A DNA stretch of 64,000 nt. It comes from the human T2T-CHM13v2.0 reference genome, Homo sapiens. Both the position numbers and the translations under genes were made by a program. The DNA is taken from the NCBI RefSeq assembly GCF_009914755.1, contig NC_060929.1; one strand, given 5' to 3'. Of the stretch, positions 1-11,338 are shown one piece after another. Positions within the stretch are counted from its first letter, which is position 1. Every line of letters begins with the position of its first letter. The notes below the pieces were generated by a model. It did not search any database and was not told where the DNA came from. It was given only the letters and a program-made list of their open reading frames with translations.

Positions 1-1262
1 GGCTGGGCTCAGGAAAGAACGGAGGATACCCGTACGCAGAAGAGAGGTCTGATCTTGGCTGCCCTCGGACTGGGAGAAATGGTTATGCCAACAGGCAGGG
101 GGTCTGGAACCAGAGGTCACCCCAGCTTAAGGACATGAAGGCTGAACTCAGCCTTGAAGATGGAACCCAACGGGAAACAGCCTGGTCCCAGCTGGAAAGA
201 CCCTGGTGGGACCCAGGATTCAAGCTGAGCAGCTTTGGCCAACTGTCCCTGATAATGGAGTCTCCATCCTGTGCTGAAGACCAAGGAAATGTCTCAAGGG
301 AGGGGCCTTGGTCTTGGCTTCAGAAGTGTGGCCTGCCCTGAGAGCAGCCAGGGAGGGATGGCCCACTGGGGTAAGGTGCCAGGTGGGCAGGCAGTAGCAT
401 GGTCCATCCTGCAGGTGCTTCCTGTGGGACCACCTATAAGAAGGGTCCATGTCCCATGAGCTTAGCAAGCTGGTGTCTAAGGCCCCAAGGGGCTCTTCCC
501 AGCTGGCCTTGAGGCAGTCAGAGAGGCCTCTACCCTCTCTGCTGAGGAGTTCTGTCACTGTGGCAGAGTGAAGGTGGCTGTGTAGATGTGGAAGCCTTGG
601 CCAGCATGGCGTGAGCCTGGCTCAGGTCCCAGTGCAGCGGATAGACATGGGTTGGCTGCAGGCTGGGCACAGGTGGGTTAGGACTTTCTGCTCAAAGCTC
701 TTCCAATGGCGTTCTCTCTGGCTGCAAGTACCGGGGCCATTTGTGGCTCAGGACAAGTGTTAGTTTTTGCCATGCCATTTATGTCTGAAGAATTTCTTTG
801 CTGGGAAAGAAAGGCCTTGGACAGGAGGCAGAGGGATGAGGTTGGTGACCTGGTGAGACCCTGATGAGTCTGCGGGCACTGTGGTTATAAAGGACAGCAA
901 CCATGTTGGCAGGGCCTTGGGAGGCAGCCTGGCTGACCTTACCAGGAAGGTAAGACTCAGAGGAGGAAGGTGGGCATGCCGGGTTGACCTAACCAGATGC
1001 TTTTCCCTGGCTGCTCTGGCTCAGCCGGGGACCACAGGGCTGAGGCTGTGTTTGGCCTTAGGTTTTGGATCCGAGACATGCAGCACAGGGCTGAGGATGC
1101 GCTCAGGGTCTGGGAATTGTTTTGCAGATGTTCTGGGCAGGATAGGCTGTGGCGGTAGCCTGTGCCCCTGGCACTGCCTCCACCCATAGCAAGGTCCCCA
1201 GAGCTGGGAGGTCTGGGGTGGTTGCCTGTGAGTAAGGTGGAAAATCTCTCTTGTTTTCTCAG

Positions 1263-1380
1263 GTTAGAAATCTGTGCTACATGGTGACAAGGCGCGAGAG
1301 AACGAAACACGCCATCTGCAAACTCCAGGAGCAGATATTCCACCTGCAGATGAAACTTATTGAACAGGATCTGTGTCGAG
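1263..1380 (+). CDS. JADE2: JADE2 (PHF15) internal coding exon, [39 protein letters not shown]
   Basis: Acceptor ttgttttctcAG (AG 1261-1262) and donor GAG|gtaggc at 1381. 118 nt, ends in phase 1. Peptide matches the JADE-family helical region after the PZP domain (VRNLxYMVTRREK-like). Confidence 0.95.
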
Positions 1381-3242
1381 GTAGGCGCCTTCCCCACCTG
1401 CCACCGCCACCTCCCTGTGCCCTCTCTTGCGGGGCTGGGTCCCAAGGAGGGTGTGTCTTTGGATCCTGGTGGGGGTATGTGCGTGGAGCCAAGGGCCACT
1501 GGCCCCCACTCCTACCCTTCACCATCCAATTAGTAGGCCCAGACGGGGGCCTGCAAGGGTCCTGAGTTGTGCGTCACTAGGCAGAGAGCCAGAGGTTGGA
1601 ATGTGGGCATCAGGCCTGCCCTCAGGGAGCTTTCTGGTTGACTAGGCCACAGCAGTTCAGGAGCTGATTGCATGTGAACAGGTACAGAGAAGAAGTCCTA
1701 GTGGCTCTCTGCTGGTGCTGAGGCAGGAAGGGCCAGAAGCTGGTGAGCTTCCCTGAACCCTGGTGTGCCTGGGAGTCAGTTCCGAAGAAGGCAGCTGTCC
1801 CAGAGATGTGACAGGACCTGGCTGTTGTTTCTCTCTGACCCTAACAGGATTTATGCCCTGCATCCGCGGTGTTTTTCACTGTTTTATTCTTATTATTCTT
1901 ATTCTCTTGGCGTCACATGCGTTTAGTGGATCTGGAAATCAAAGGCTGAAGGAAGCGCTGACATTGATCGTATCTGTTAATTGTGGATATTGCCAGACAC
2001 AGGGCCCTTCTTGGAGCGTATACATGTTAAGAAGGGCAACACTTAGCCCCCAAAACAGTACCCCAGTGTTGCGTTTACATGCAGCAGAAATAGCTGGATG
2101 GAGAGAGATTTTGAGCCAGGGTCTGCCAATGCCACTTCAGCCTCAGGGCTGAGCTGGGCCTGGAGAGGAAAGCTGCTGAGCCACCGTTGGAGCAAATGAC
2201 TGAGGACCTCTGCTGCCCCTACTTCTGCCCGAGAGCTGAGCTGACCTGATTGTGCTTTGGCATCACCACCCACTCTGGCCCCAACATCTAGCCTTGCCAA
2301 GTTCAGGTGCTAGTCATGACCATGTAGAGCTCACCGTGTACCCAAAGACTGTGGCAGCTTCCTGGCTGCTGGAGCTTTCCAGGCCCCCTATCTTCTGTTT
2401 ATTCACTCAGCCAGCATTAACTGAGCATGGACTGGATAGGGTTGCTGCCCTTGTGGAATGCACCATCTGGAGAGAGAGAGGAATGTGGTATCGCAGACGC
2501 TACAGTTGCTGCCAGTTTAGGGATAGAAGTATCAGGGATGTCTTCCCAGAAGCAGTGATGCTCCAACAACATCTCAGGCACTTGGCTGTGGCCACATATC
2601 GGCTGCAGAAGGAGAAGCCCATGCAAGGCACCCACAGTTGAGGAAGCAGAGGGTGGCAAGCCACGAGCAGTGCCCTCAGGCACAGGATTCCAGAAGCATG
2701 GGCAAGAGCCTGGAGGGTCCACATCCCCACATTGGTTCTGGGGACATTTGCAACTCCTTGTCTTGAGTGTCAACAACAGGCAGCTCTTTGTTCAGGGCAG
2801 GGCAGGGTATTTGGAGATGACTGGTTTGCCCTGTCCAAAGCTGCTGCTCACACTGTTGAGAGGCTTGACGCCTGGGGTGGGACATGGGCTGTGTGCATAT
2901 CGGCGAGGCTGTCTGGCCTGGCGGCTGGACAAAGCCTCCTAGTGGAGATGATATTTGGCCTGTGAACTGAATCAGGTGAAGGATAGGAGAAGAAAACAGC
3001 ATATTTGGAGACTTAGTGGCCAGAGCATGTCTTGGCAGAGAAACTGGAAGGAGGCTGGAATGGCTGCACCAGGCAGAAGGAAGACTCCTAAAGTGGGGAT
3101 GACGGGTAACCTGGGTCACATGTGCGAGATCTTCTTGTAGCCTGGGGGAGGAGCTTACACTGTCCTGAGAGCAGTGGGGAGCCTCAGGAGCCTGCCTCCA
3201 GAGTATCTAGGCATTAGTTACATGCCATGTTACAGATGAGAT

Positions 3243-3830
3243 TGCCCAGGCACAGTGGCTCATGCCTAAAATCCCAGCACTTTGGGAGACCACAGTGGGA
3301 AGATCACTTGAAGCCAGGAGTTCCAGACCAGCCTGTCTCTACAAAAAAAAAAAAAATACAAAAATTAGCTGAGCATGGTGACACATGCCTGTATTCCTAG
3401 CTGCTTGGGGAGCAGAAGTAGGATTGCTTGAGCCCAGTAGTTTGAGGCTGCAAGCGAGCTATGATTACACCACTGTACTCCAGCCTGGGTAACAGAGCCA
3501 GGCTCTGTCTCTAAAAAATAAATAAATAAACAGATGTGGCCAGGCACAGTGGCTCGCACCTGTAATCCCAGCACTTTGGGAGGCCAAGGTGGAAGGATTA
3601 CTGGAGCCCAAGAGTTCAAGACCAGTCTGGGCAAAATAGCAAGACCCTGTCTCTACAAAATTTGAAAATTAGCCGGGTGTGGTGGCATGCACCTGTGGTC
3701 CCAGCTACTCAGGAGGCTGAGGCTGGAGGATCGCTTGAGCCTGGGAGGTCAAGGCTGCAGTAAACTATGATTGTACTACTGCGCTCCATCATGGGCAACA
3801 GAGCAAGACTCTCTCTCAAAACAAACCAAA
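3243..3830 (+). mobile_element. Two tandem Alu elements (old, AluJ-like)
   Basis: Alu left/right arm motifs and A-rich tails. Confidence 0.9.
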
Positions 3831-4386
3831 ACAGATGAGACTGAGGCCTGGCCTGAACTGAAAGGATACAAGGGCCAGGGGTGCACCCTGAATCTCCCAT
3901 CTAGTTTGCTGCCTGACTTTGAAAGCCAACCAAGAGACCATGGCAGGAGACTGGTTCAGGGTTGCTGACCCTGGGGTTAGGAATGGAACCCAAGCCTCTT
4001 GACCCCTCAGGTAGTGTTCCTTCCACCTACATGTCTAGCTCCTCAGCCTGGCATTCAAGGGCCTGCCCTGTCCAGACTCCCTTCCAGCCATTCTTCCCAC
4101 CACCCACACTCTCTCCCAAGACTACAGGTTGTGCAGGTCAGACTGGAGTCCAGGTCCTGCGAGGGCCTCTCCTCGTGGCCCTGTGGCCACCCCAAGTCCC
4201 CCACAGGCCACAGTGGACAGTTGGTCCACCCCACCATGCCAGCCATCCCCTAACTCCAACCTTTTTGCTGTGGAGGGTGAGCACTGGCTGATGGAGGACT
4301 CCTGGGCTGCCACGCAGGGATCTTGGTGCTGACCGAGGCCACTCAGGGTAACCATCTCCCTCCTCCTCTCACTTTCCCTGACACAG

Positions 4387-4515
4387 AGCGGTCTGGGAGG
4401 AGAGCAAAGGGCAAGAAGAGTGACTCGAAGAGGAAGGGCTGCGAGGGCTCCAAGGGCAGCACTGAGAAGAAAGAGAAAGTGAAGGCGGGGCCTGACTCAG
4501 TCCTGGGGCAGCTGG
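4387..4515 (+). CDS. JADE2: JADE2 frame-preserving cassette exon (43 codons, ERSGRRAKGKKSDSKRKG...SVLGQL)
   Basis: Pyrimidine tract followed by acacAG (4385-4386), and donor CTGG|gtgagt at 4516. 129 nt, phase 1-1, stop-free in the frame continuing the upstream exon. Confidence 0.85.
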
Positions 4516-5164
4516 GTGAGTGAGGGCCATGCTGGCCTGCAGACACGGCAGGCTTGACCATCACCACGCTTGCAGCTCTGTCTGCCCTGCGGAAGGCCAG
4601 CTGCACAGAGTAGGAGACTGAGGCTCAAGAGCGGTAACCAGGCCCTTGCTTGCCCAGGTGCACACACCTTCCACCCACAAAGGAGACAGATCTCAGAGCC
4701 CCGTGTGACATCCTGGGAAATGCCCCATCTGTAGACCTGGATGGAGGCTGGGCCACGCCCACTCAGGAACTGTCCAGTCATTCCCCTGGCTGGGGGGTCC
4801 TGGGTGCTGGATTTTCCCAGAGGCCCCTGGGACAGCCCCATGCTGGGAGGGGAGGATCTGCCAGAAAGCCCCATCCTTGTCCTACTCTCCCAGAATCCTC
4901 TAAGTGGGCCCTTCCTGCAACAGCAGCAGACTCTCCTGGAGCTGCCCAGAGGAGTGGCTGCAGGCTCTGGCCCTGCCCACCACCTCCACTGTCCCAGGCC
5001 TCCTGTTAGGCAGAGCAGCCTAATGGGAGCAGTGTGACTCATGGACCTCACGTGCTTCCTCCAGAGATCTCAGGGAGCATCATGGAGTCCCCTTCCAGAC
5101 CTTGCCTCTGGGATGGAAGCCCCAGGTCATCCTTTCTGTCCCTCTGTCTCAAGAAGGGGACAAC

Positions 5165-5315
<151 letters not shown>

Positions 5316-5575
5316 TCACACCCCTCCCGCAAAAAGAAGGGGATAACTTGGGTGTCTAACAGGAAACCCAGTCTCCCGTCTCGCCAGCTGCCCCCTCCCA
5401 AGACCTCGGTAAGGAAGGAAGGCTCTGCCGCCCTCACATCTGCTGGCGTCTCACTTGCCTCCCCTCTCCCTGACATCCAGGGGGGACTGGATACTGCTTG
5501 CTACCCCTATTCGTACCTGATCCCTTTATCCATGCTCTTTGCTGCAAGCGCTGGGAGGCAACGCTTATAAAGACT

Positions 5576-5594
5576 GAGCGCCCTCTGGCGGCCT
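5576..5594 (-). promoter_or_regulatory. CTCF motif in JADE2 last intron
   Basis: Minus strand reads AGGCCGCCAGAGGGCGCTC versus consensus TGGCCACCAGGGGGCGCTA; all core positions fit. Confidence 0.7.
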
Positions 5595-6112
5595 GAGGGC
5601 ATTTTCCTCCAGATTCCTCCTTCCCCAACCCCACCAGAATGGGGGTAGTGGGCAGGTCCAACTTCGTGGGTAGCAACCTGTGCAGTGCCACGGGGTCCTT
5701 GTTCTTGGTTAATGCTCTGCTGCTGCCACCTTGAATTTTCTTTCCCATGGCAGGCTTTCTGGTAAAATCCAAAAAACCTGCTAGACAAACTAAAAGAGCT
5801 ATAACACTCCACCTTGAAATTCTTAATAATATTTGAACAAGGAGCCTATATTTTCATTTTACACTCTAGCCCACAAATTATGAAGCCCATCTTGAGGGCA
5901 GCACGTCCTTCTGGAGAGAAGCGTATAAGTAGTCCCTACTCTTTGGTGGTGTTGGCAGGAGGGATGGACAAAACAAGATAGCTCACCTGGGTCTGGCACA
6001 GGGGGACAGAGAGAAGACGATGCCTGGTGGTGTGCTGGGAGCGTCAGTGGGCTTCCTGAAAGGGTGGGACACACGTCTGCTGGCGTCTCACTTGCCTCCT
6101 CTCTCCCCTCAG

Positions 6113-6936
6113 CAGGCCTGTCCACCTCATTCCCCATCGATGGCACCTTCTTCAACAGCTGGCTGGCACAGTCGGTGCAGATCACAGCAGAGAACATGGC
6201 CATGAGCGAGTGGCCACTGAACAATGGGCACCGCGAGGACCCTGCTCCAGGGCTGCTGTCAGAGGAACTGCTGCAGGACGAGGAGACACTGCTCAGCTTC
6301 ATGCGGGACCCCTCGCTGCGACCTGGTGACCCTGCTAGGAAGGCCCGAGGCCGCACCCGCCTGCCTGCCAAGAAGAAACCACCACCACCACCACCGCAGG
6401 ACGGGCCTGGTTCACGGACGACTCCAGACAAAGCCCCCAAGAAGACCTGGGGCCAGGATGCAGGCAGTGGCAAGGGGGGTCAAGGGCCACCTACCAGGAA
6501 GCCACCACGTCGGACATCTTCTCACTTGCCGTCCAGCCCTGCAGCCGGGGACTGTCCCATCCTAGCCACCCCTGAAAGCCCCCCGCCACTGGCCCCTGAG
6601 ACCCCGGACGAGGCAGCCTCAGTAGCTGCTGACTCAGATGTCCAAGTGCCTGGCCCTGCAGCAAGCCCTAAGCCTTTGGGCCGGCTCCGGCCACCCCGCG
6701 AGAGCAAGGTAACCCGGAGATTGCCGGGTGCCAGGCCTGATGCTGGGATGGGACCACCTTCAGCTGTGGCTGAGAGGCCCAAGGTCAGCCTGCATTTTGA
6801 CACTGAGACTGATGGCTACTTCTCTGATGGGGAGATGAGCGACTCAGATGTAGAGGCCGAGGACGGTGGGGTGCAGCGGGGTCCCCGGGAGGCAGGGGCA
6901 GAGGAGGTGGTCCGCATGGGCGTACTGGCCTCCTAA
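6113..6936 (+). CDS. JADE2: JADE2 terminal coding exon (AGLSTSFPIDGTFFNSWLAQ...EEVVRMGVLAS*)
   Basis: CAGCAG tandem acceptor at 6110-6115. Phase-1 entry joins the long ORF that ends at TAA 6934-6936. Pro/Lys-rich disordered tail and C-terminus recognised as JADE2. Confidence 0.93.
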
Positions 6937-8039
6937 CTCACCCCCTTCCCTGTCCCAGGCCCTGCCCTGGTCCCCCCACAAGGCCTCAGCCCAGTCACAA
7001 CTGCCATTTCCAGTCTCTGCTGAGTGTCCCAGACCCTCGAGGCTGCCACTCCGTCGTGGTTTTATTTTTAATATAGAGAGAGTTTTGAATTCTACACTGT
7101 TGTCTTTCCTCTGTGCTGGCCTAGGACATTAGGATTCCTTCCACGGCTCCGGCCACTAGGACCCTGCCAGGTCCCGCGCACCATCCCTGCCCTGCCCACG
7201 TGGTATTGCTGGGCTCCTGGCTAGATGCAAGCAAGGTGGACAAGAGCTCAGGACTCCAGCCCACTGCCACTGGGTGACACAGACTGTCGTTTGGGCATTA
7301 TTTCATGGCAGATGGGCCAGTCCAGGGCCTACCCCGCCTTGCCCCCAGATCCCACTGGGGTCCATTTGGGGGGTCCTGCTACACTCCACCGATCCCCAAG
7401 GAAGTATAATAAACGATACCCAGCCAGAGTCTACTCACTGTCACAAGCACAACGAGTTTATATGAGAAAGCACTGAGGGGGTGCAGAGGGCCCGCTAGTT
7501 CCAGGGGAACTGAAAGCTGTTCCTGATCAGCCCGTATCATCTGAGGCCTGCCTGCCCACCCTGCCACCCTCCCCTCCCTTGCTGCTCTGCCCCTGCCAGT
7601 GCCCAGCCCAGCGGCTCTGGGAAGGGGTTCCCAGAATCCCTCCTGAGCTGTGCCATTTACTCAGGGGACTCCCAAACAGCCAGCTGCCAGTGCAGGTGGA
7701 GGGCTGTAGGGGAGGGCCAGTGCCCAGACAGGGTCATGGGGCTCAGACCAGCCCACTGTAGAGAATCACTCTGAGGCTCCAACTTCCTTCCTTCCTTCGG
7801 GGCCAGTCTCGGCCGAAGTCTGGTCACGCTCAGACAGAGCTGACCAGACCAGACCGTTTGCCTTTTCAAGTTTCCTAGTCCTGCTACAAGATGAGCTTCT
7901 TCCGTGGTTTCCTTTTGGAAACTCCTCCTTCCAACAAGCAGTGGGATCCCGGGGCCCAGGGCGGGCCGGTGTTGGCCGCTGGGGCTGTTGTAAGTCTTGC
8001 TGGATGTTCCCCTGTTCCTGAGCCTTAACCCCTCGCACA

Positions 8040-8100
8040 GCCATCCCCCCCCCCCGTCCTGCCATCCCCCCCCGCCGTCCTGCCTTCCCCACCCCACCCT
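8040..8100 (+). repeat. C-rich ~21-nt tandem repeat (about 3 copies)
   Basis: gccatcccccccccccgtcct / gccatccccccccgccgtcct / gccttccccaccccaccct. Confidence 0.8.
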
Positions 8101-10828
8101 TAGGTCCCAGGTAGTTGCTCTGAAGAGTTTCAGTAGAGTGGCCCCAGGGTGATAGCTCAGGGAACAACAAAAAAGGAATTCCGTGAAAACATTTTTTTTT
8201 CTTTGATGAATTACTCCTGGGTCACTTCCACCACTGGTAAAGCCAGAACTTCTCCAAAAAGAACCTTGCAAAAAGTCCAGTGAATCAGTCGAATCATTCT
8301 GTGGATGCCAAAGAATATTTTGACCATAATACAGCACAGCCTGGACCTGACAACTTGTCATTTGGACTTTTTTTTAAATGGAGTTCTTTAGCAACAAAGT
8401 ATAGAAACATGTTCATTGCACACACCCAAGGAGAAGAGCTCAAGCGCTTGGAAGAGGATGCTTTGCTGCTGCTGAAGTGTACCTGGGTGTTAGATTTCAG
8501 ATCCTGGGCTGAGCCCACTGTGAGCTTTCCTAAACTGTGAGACTCACAGAGGGGAAAGATACTGACGGTGAAACCAGCATGGAAAACGTCTTTACCATGT
8601 GGTTCCCTCCTCCCCAAATACATAAAGCAAATAAGCAGGATGGGGAACAGCTTGACCTTCATCCACCCCTAACTCCAAAACTATCAAGGTACGACAGTGG
8701 CATTGTCATCGACACTCAATTTCATGTGAATTTTAGCAAAACAGGAAACAAAGATAATGACTCAGTTCAGAGGATCGGACAAATGTGTCTAGTCCGGGTG
8801 GACTCGGAGGGAGTGGGGTGGGCTTCAAGGATTCTGGGCGTTGGGATGGCATGAGCTACCCTGTAGAGTTTAGTCTGCCTGCCCGCCTTGGTAGTAGTGA
8901 CCAGTCAGTGTCAGCATCAGTGTCCCAACCCCAGTCTCTGTTTACTGCCTTTGAACAGAACTTCTTCCTTCCCCATGCTTTGGGTCACCTCGGGCTGCAA
9001 CCCTGTCTGTGCCAGATTGCCCGGTCTGACCCTGCAGGAAGCAAAGAGGTGAGCTTAAAGAACAACCAAACTCTGCCAGGGGTCCCAGAAAGCCCAGGGT
9101 CCAGCAGTCTCAGCACTTGGCCCCTTGCCCCTTCACACCATCCTGGGGCAGGGGCTGGGCCTCCCTGGTGGCAGGGGTGGGTGGAGAATTAGGGAGAGGG
9201 TGCAACGAGTCTGGCCCCTTGCCTCGGGCTGGCTGGTGTTCTTCCAAGAGCCTCTGCTCACATTGTTGGCCTCTGGATTCTGGCCCTTCTTCATTGGCTG
9301 TTGCTTTGGACTGGACTGTTGCTGAGCCTGTGTCCTGCAGAACCCAGATGTCTGTTAGGCTGGCTGGCTGCTGCGAGGGGAGGGGGGTGGCCTTTCATTT
9401 GGGGTGCCCTTTCACTCCCAGGCCAAGCCCTGGAGCAATCTTCTTCAGGCAGCTGTCTCCACCTCCAGGATGTCCAGCAGGCTGCAAGGAGAAGGATGCC
9501 AGCCACCCATCCTCCCCCAGTTCCCAGCCTTTCCCCTGTTGGTCACAGCCGCTTCTGTCTTTTTCCGGTCTACTGTCCCCAGTGTAGAGGGCTTTGCTGT
9601 CCCTGAGACTGAGGCAGGTTCCTTTTCCAGGTCAGAGGTGGAGGTAGATCTTTCTCTCAACCACATCTGCCTCCACACACAGCTCCTCCGCAGGGAAGGA
9701 GAAGCTGCTCTGTAACTCATTCTGGCTATCGTCCCCCTTCTCACTGACCTGACCGCCCACCACCTCCTTCCCCCTCATCACATGACAAAGGATAATGTGC
9801 AAGAAAAGTATTTTTATGTATCATAAATGTATTTTGAAACAAATGAGAAGAAGAAAGGTAGAAGGGTTTATTTTATTAAATGAGCCTGACTTAGTGACAG
9901 TGTGTGAGCATTTGCAATGTAAGGGCCTCAGCTTCCTTGGAGAAGCCACCCCAGGTTTCCAGACATAGATGTTGAATTGTTTGTGGGGGGTGTGCCAGGC
10001 CACGTCTCGTGTGTCCGTATGCAGGCATGCCTGTGTATACTGTGTATGGGCACACTGTGGGACTAGCTGGGACAATTCCTAGAGATTCAACTGCCCAATT
10101 CTAACCAACATTGGCAGCGGCTGAACTTGGCATTTCCTTGCTAACTGCCAGATGTGGCCAACCTTTGTCCATATGCAAACCACTGAAAAATGATCTGGAT
10201 TTCTATAGCAAGGCCCTTGGGGAGGGCACTCTCCCATGCCCTTGGCCTCGCTGGCCACATTGGCCAATGAGCCAGGGCTGGAGTCTGAGACCTTTGGTTG
10301 TTCTTTAAGGCACCTCCTGCCACTTTCTCCCTCAGAGGCACAAACACTTTGTGTTCCACGTCAGTTTGAGGGGACGGTGGGGGGATGATATGAATGTCAC
10401 AGGAGGAGACACCTTCTGTCTTTGTTTCAAAGAAAGTGATGTGCCATTTGTTAATATACAAGAGAAATATTGAAAATATATTGAAAAGAGCAATTTTAAA
10501 TTATTTTTGGCTTATGTTGCAATATTTATTTTCTTGTATTAGAAAAGATTCCTTTGTAGAGAAAAAATGTATTTTTCATTAACGCAAAGACCTATTTCTC
10601 CTTTTTGTACATTGTCCATGTGCGCAACCCTTAACGAGCAATAGAATGTATGGTCACCTGGGTGTGGCCAGTGCCCGCTGTGCCCTGCATGATTCTGTGT
10701 TGCCGCTGCTGCATAGTTCCCAGCCCCATCCTGTCCTGCTCACTCATGGGGGCTTCCAGACCCCGGCCCCACCAGGGCTTGTGTCATAGGGAGCCCTTTG
10801 CACTCCTCGTGTGTTGGCAAACGCAGTT

Positions 10829-10834
10829 AATAAA
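10829..10834 (+). terminator. JADE2 distal polyadenylation signal
   Basis: AATAAA followed by tgttttctgtgctggctggtgtg. Confidence 0.8.
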
Positions 10835-11044
10835 GCAATGTTTTCTGTGCTGGCTGGTGTGAGGCTCCATTGCATTGGATGGGGTAGGGAACCCTGGGAG
10901 TCCCACACACACACCCGACAATGGGCTCAGCAAAACCACGGGGTCCCTGAGTTTTCCAAGGGATCAGCTGCCACCTCCTAAGGAATCATAATAAAGATGT
11001 TCAGTGCACACCAAGGGCTATAATTTCAGAGCAGTATTTATATT

Positions 11045-11338
11045 TTTCATTATTATTATTATTATTATTATTTGAGACAGGATTTCACTCTGTCACCCAG
11101 GCTGCAATCTTGATTCACTGCAGCCTTGACATCCCGCGCTCAAGCTGTCTTCCCACCTCAGCCTTCCGTGTAGCTGTGACTACAGGTGCATGCCACCATG
11201 CCTGGCTGATTTTGGTAATTTTTGTAGAGACAGGGTTTTCCCATGTTGCCCAGGCTGGTCTCAAACTCCTGGGCCCAAGTGATCCGTCTTCCTCGGCCTC
11301 CTGAAGTCCTGGGACTACAGGCGTAAGCCGCCCCTAGC
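11045..11338 (-). mobile_element. Alu with (ATT)n tail
   Basis: Reverse-complement Alu motifs. Confidence 0.9.

Larger units (their letters stand above)
6937..10855 (+). other. JADE2: JADE2 3' UTR (end approximate)
   Basis: Repeat-free sequence after the stop, with AU-rich blocks (9800-9880, 10440-10620), ending at AATAAA followed by a GU-rich tract. Confidence 0.8.

Noticed and set aside
6064-6112. N-terminal part of the 290-aa ORF
   Set aside because: GTG start in intronic branch-point/pyrimidine tract. The real coding sequence begins at the acceptor.
5859-6473. 204-aa minus-strand ORF
   Set aside because: Antisense shadow of the GC-rich JADE2 terminal exon with no independent gene signals.
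7657-9744. ORFs up to 234 aa within the JADE2 3' UTR
   Set aside because: Expected in GC-rich sequence. No recognisable domain or splice support.
8939-10804. miRNA seed matches (miR-30 at 8939, miR-25/92 at 10518, miR-130 at 10798)
   Set aside because: 7-mers arise by chance in a 4-kb UTR, and conservation cannot be assessed here.
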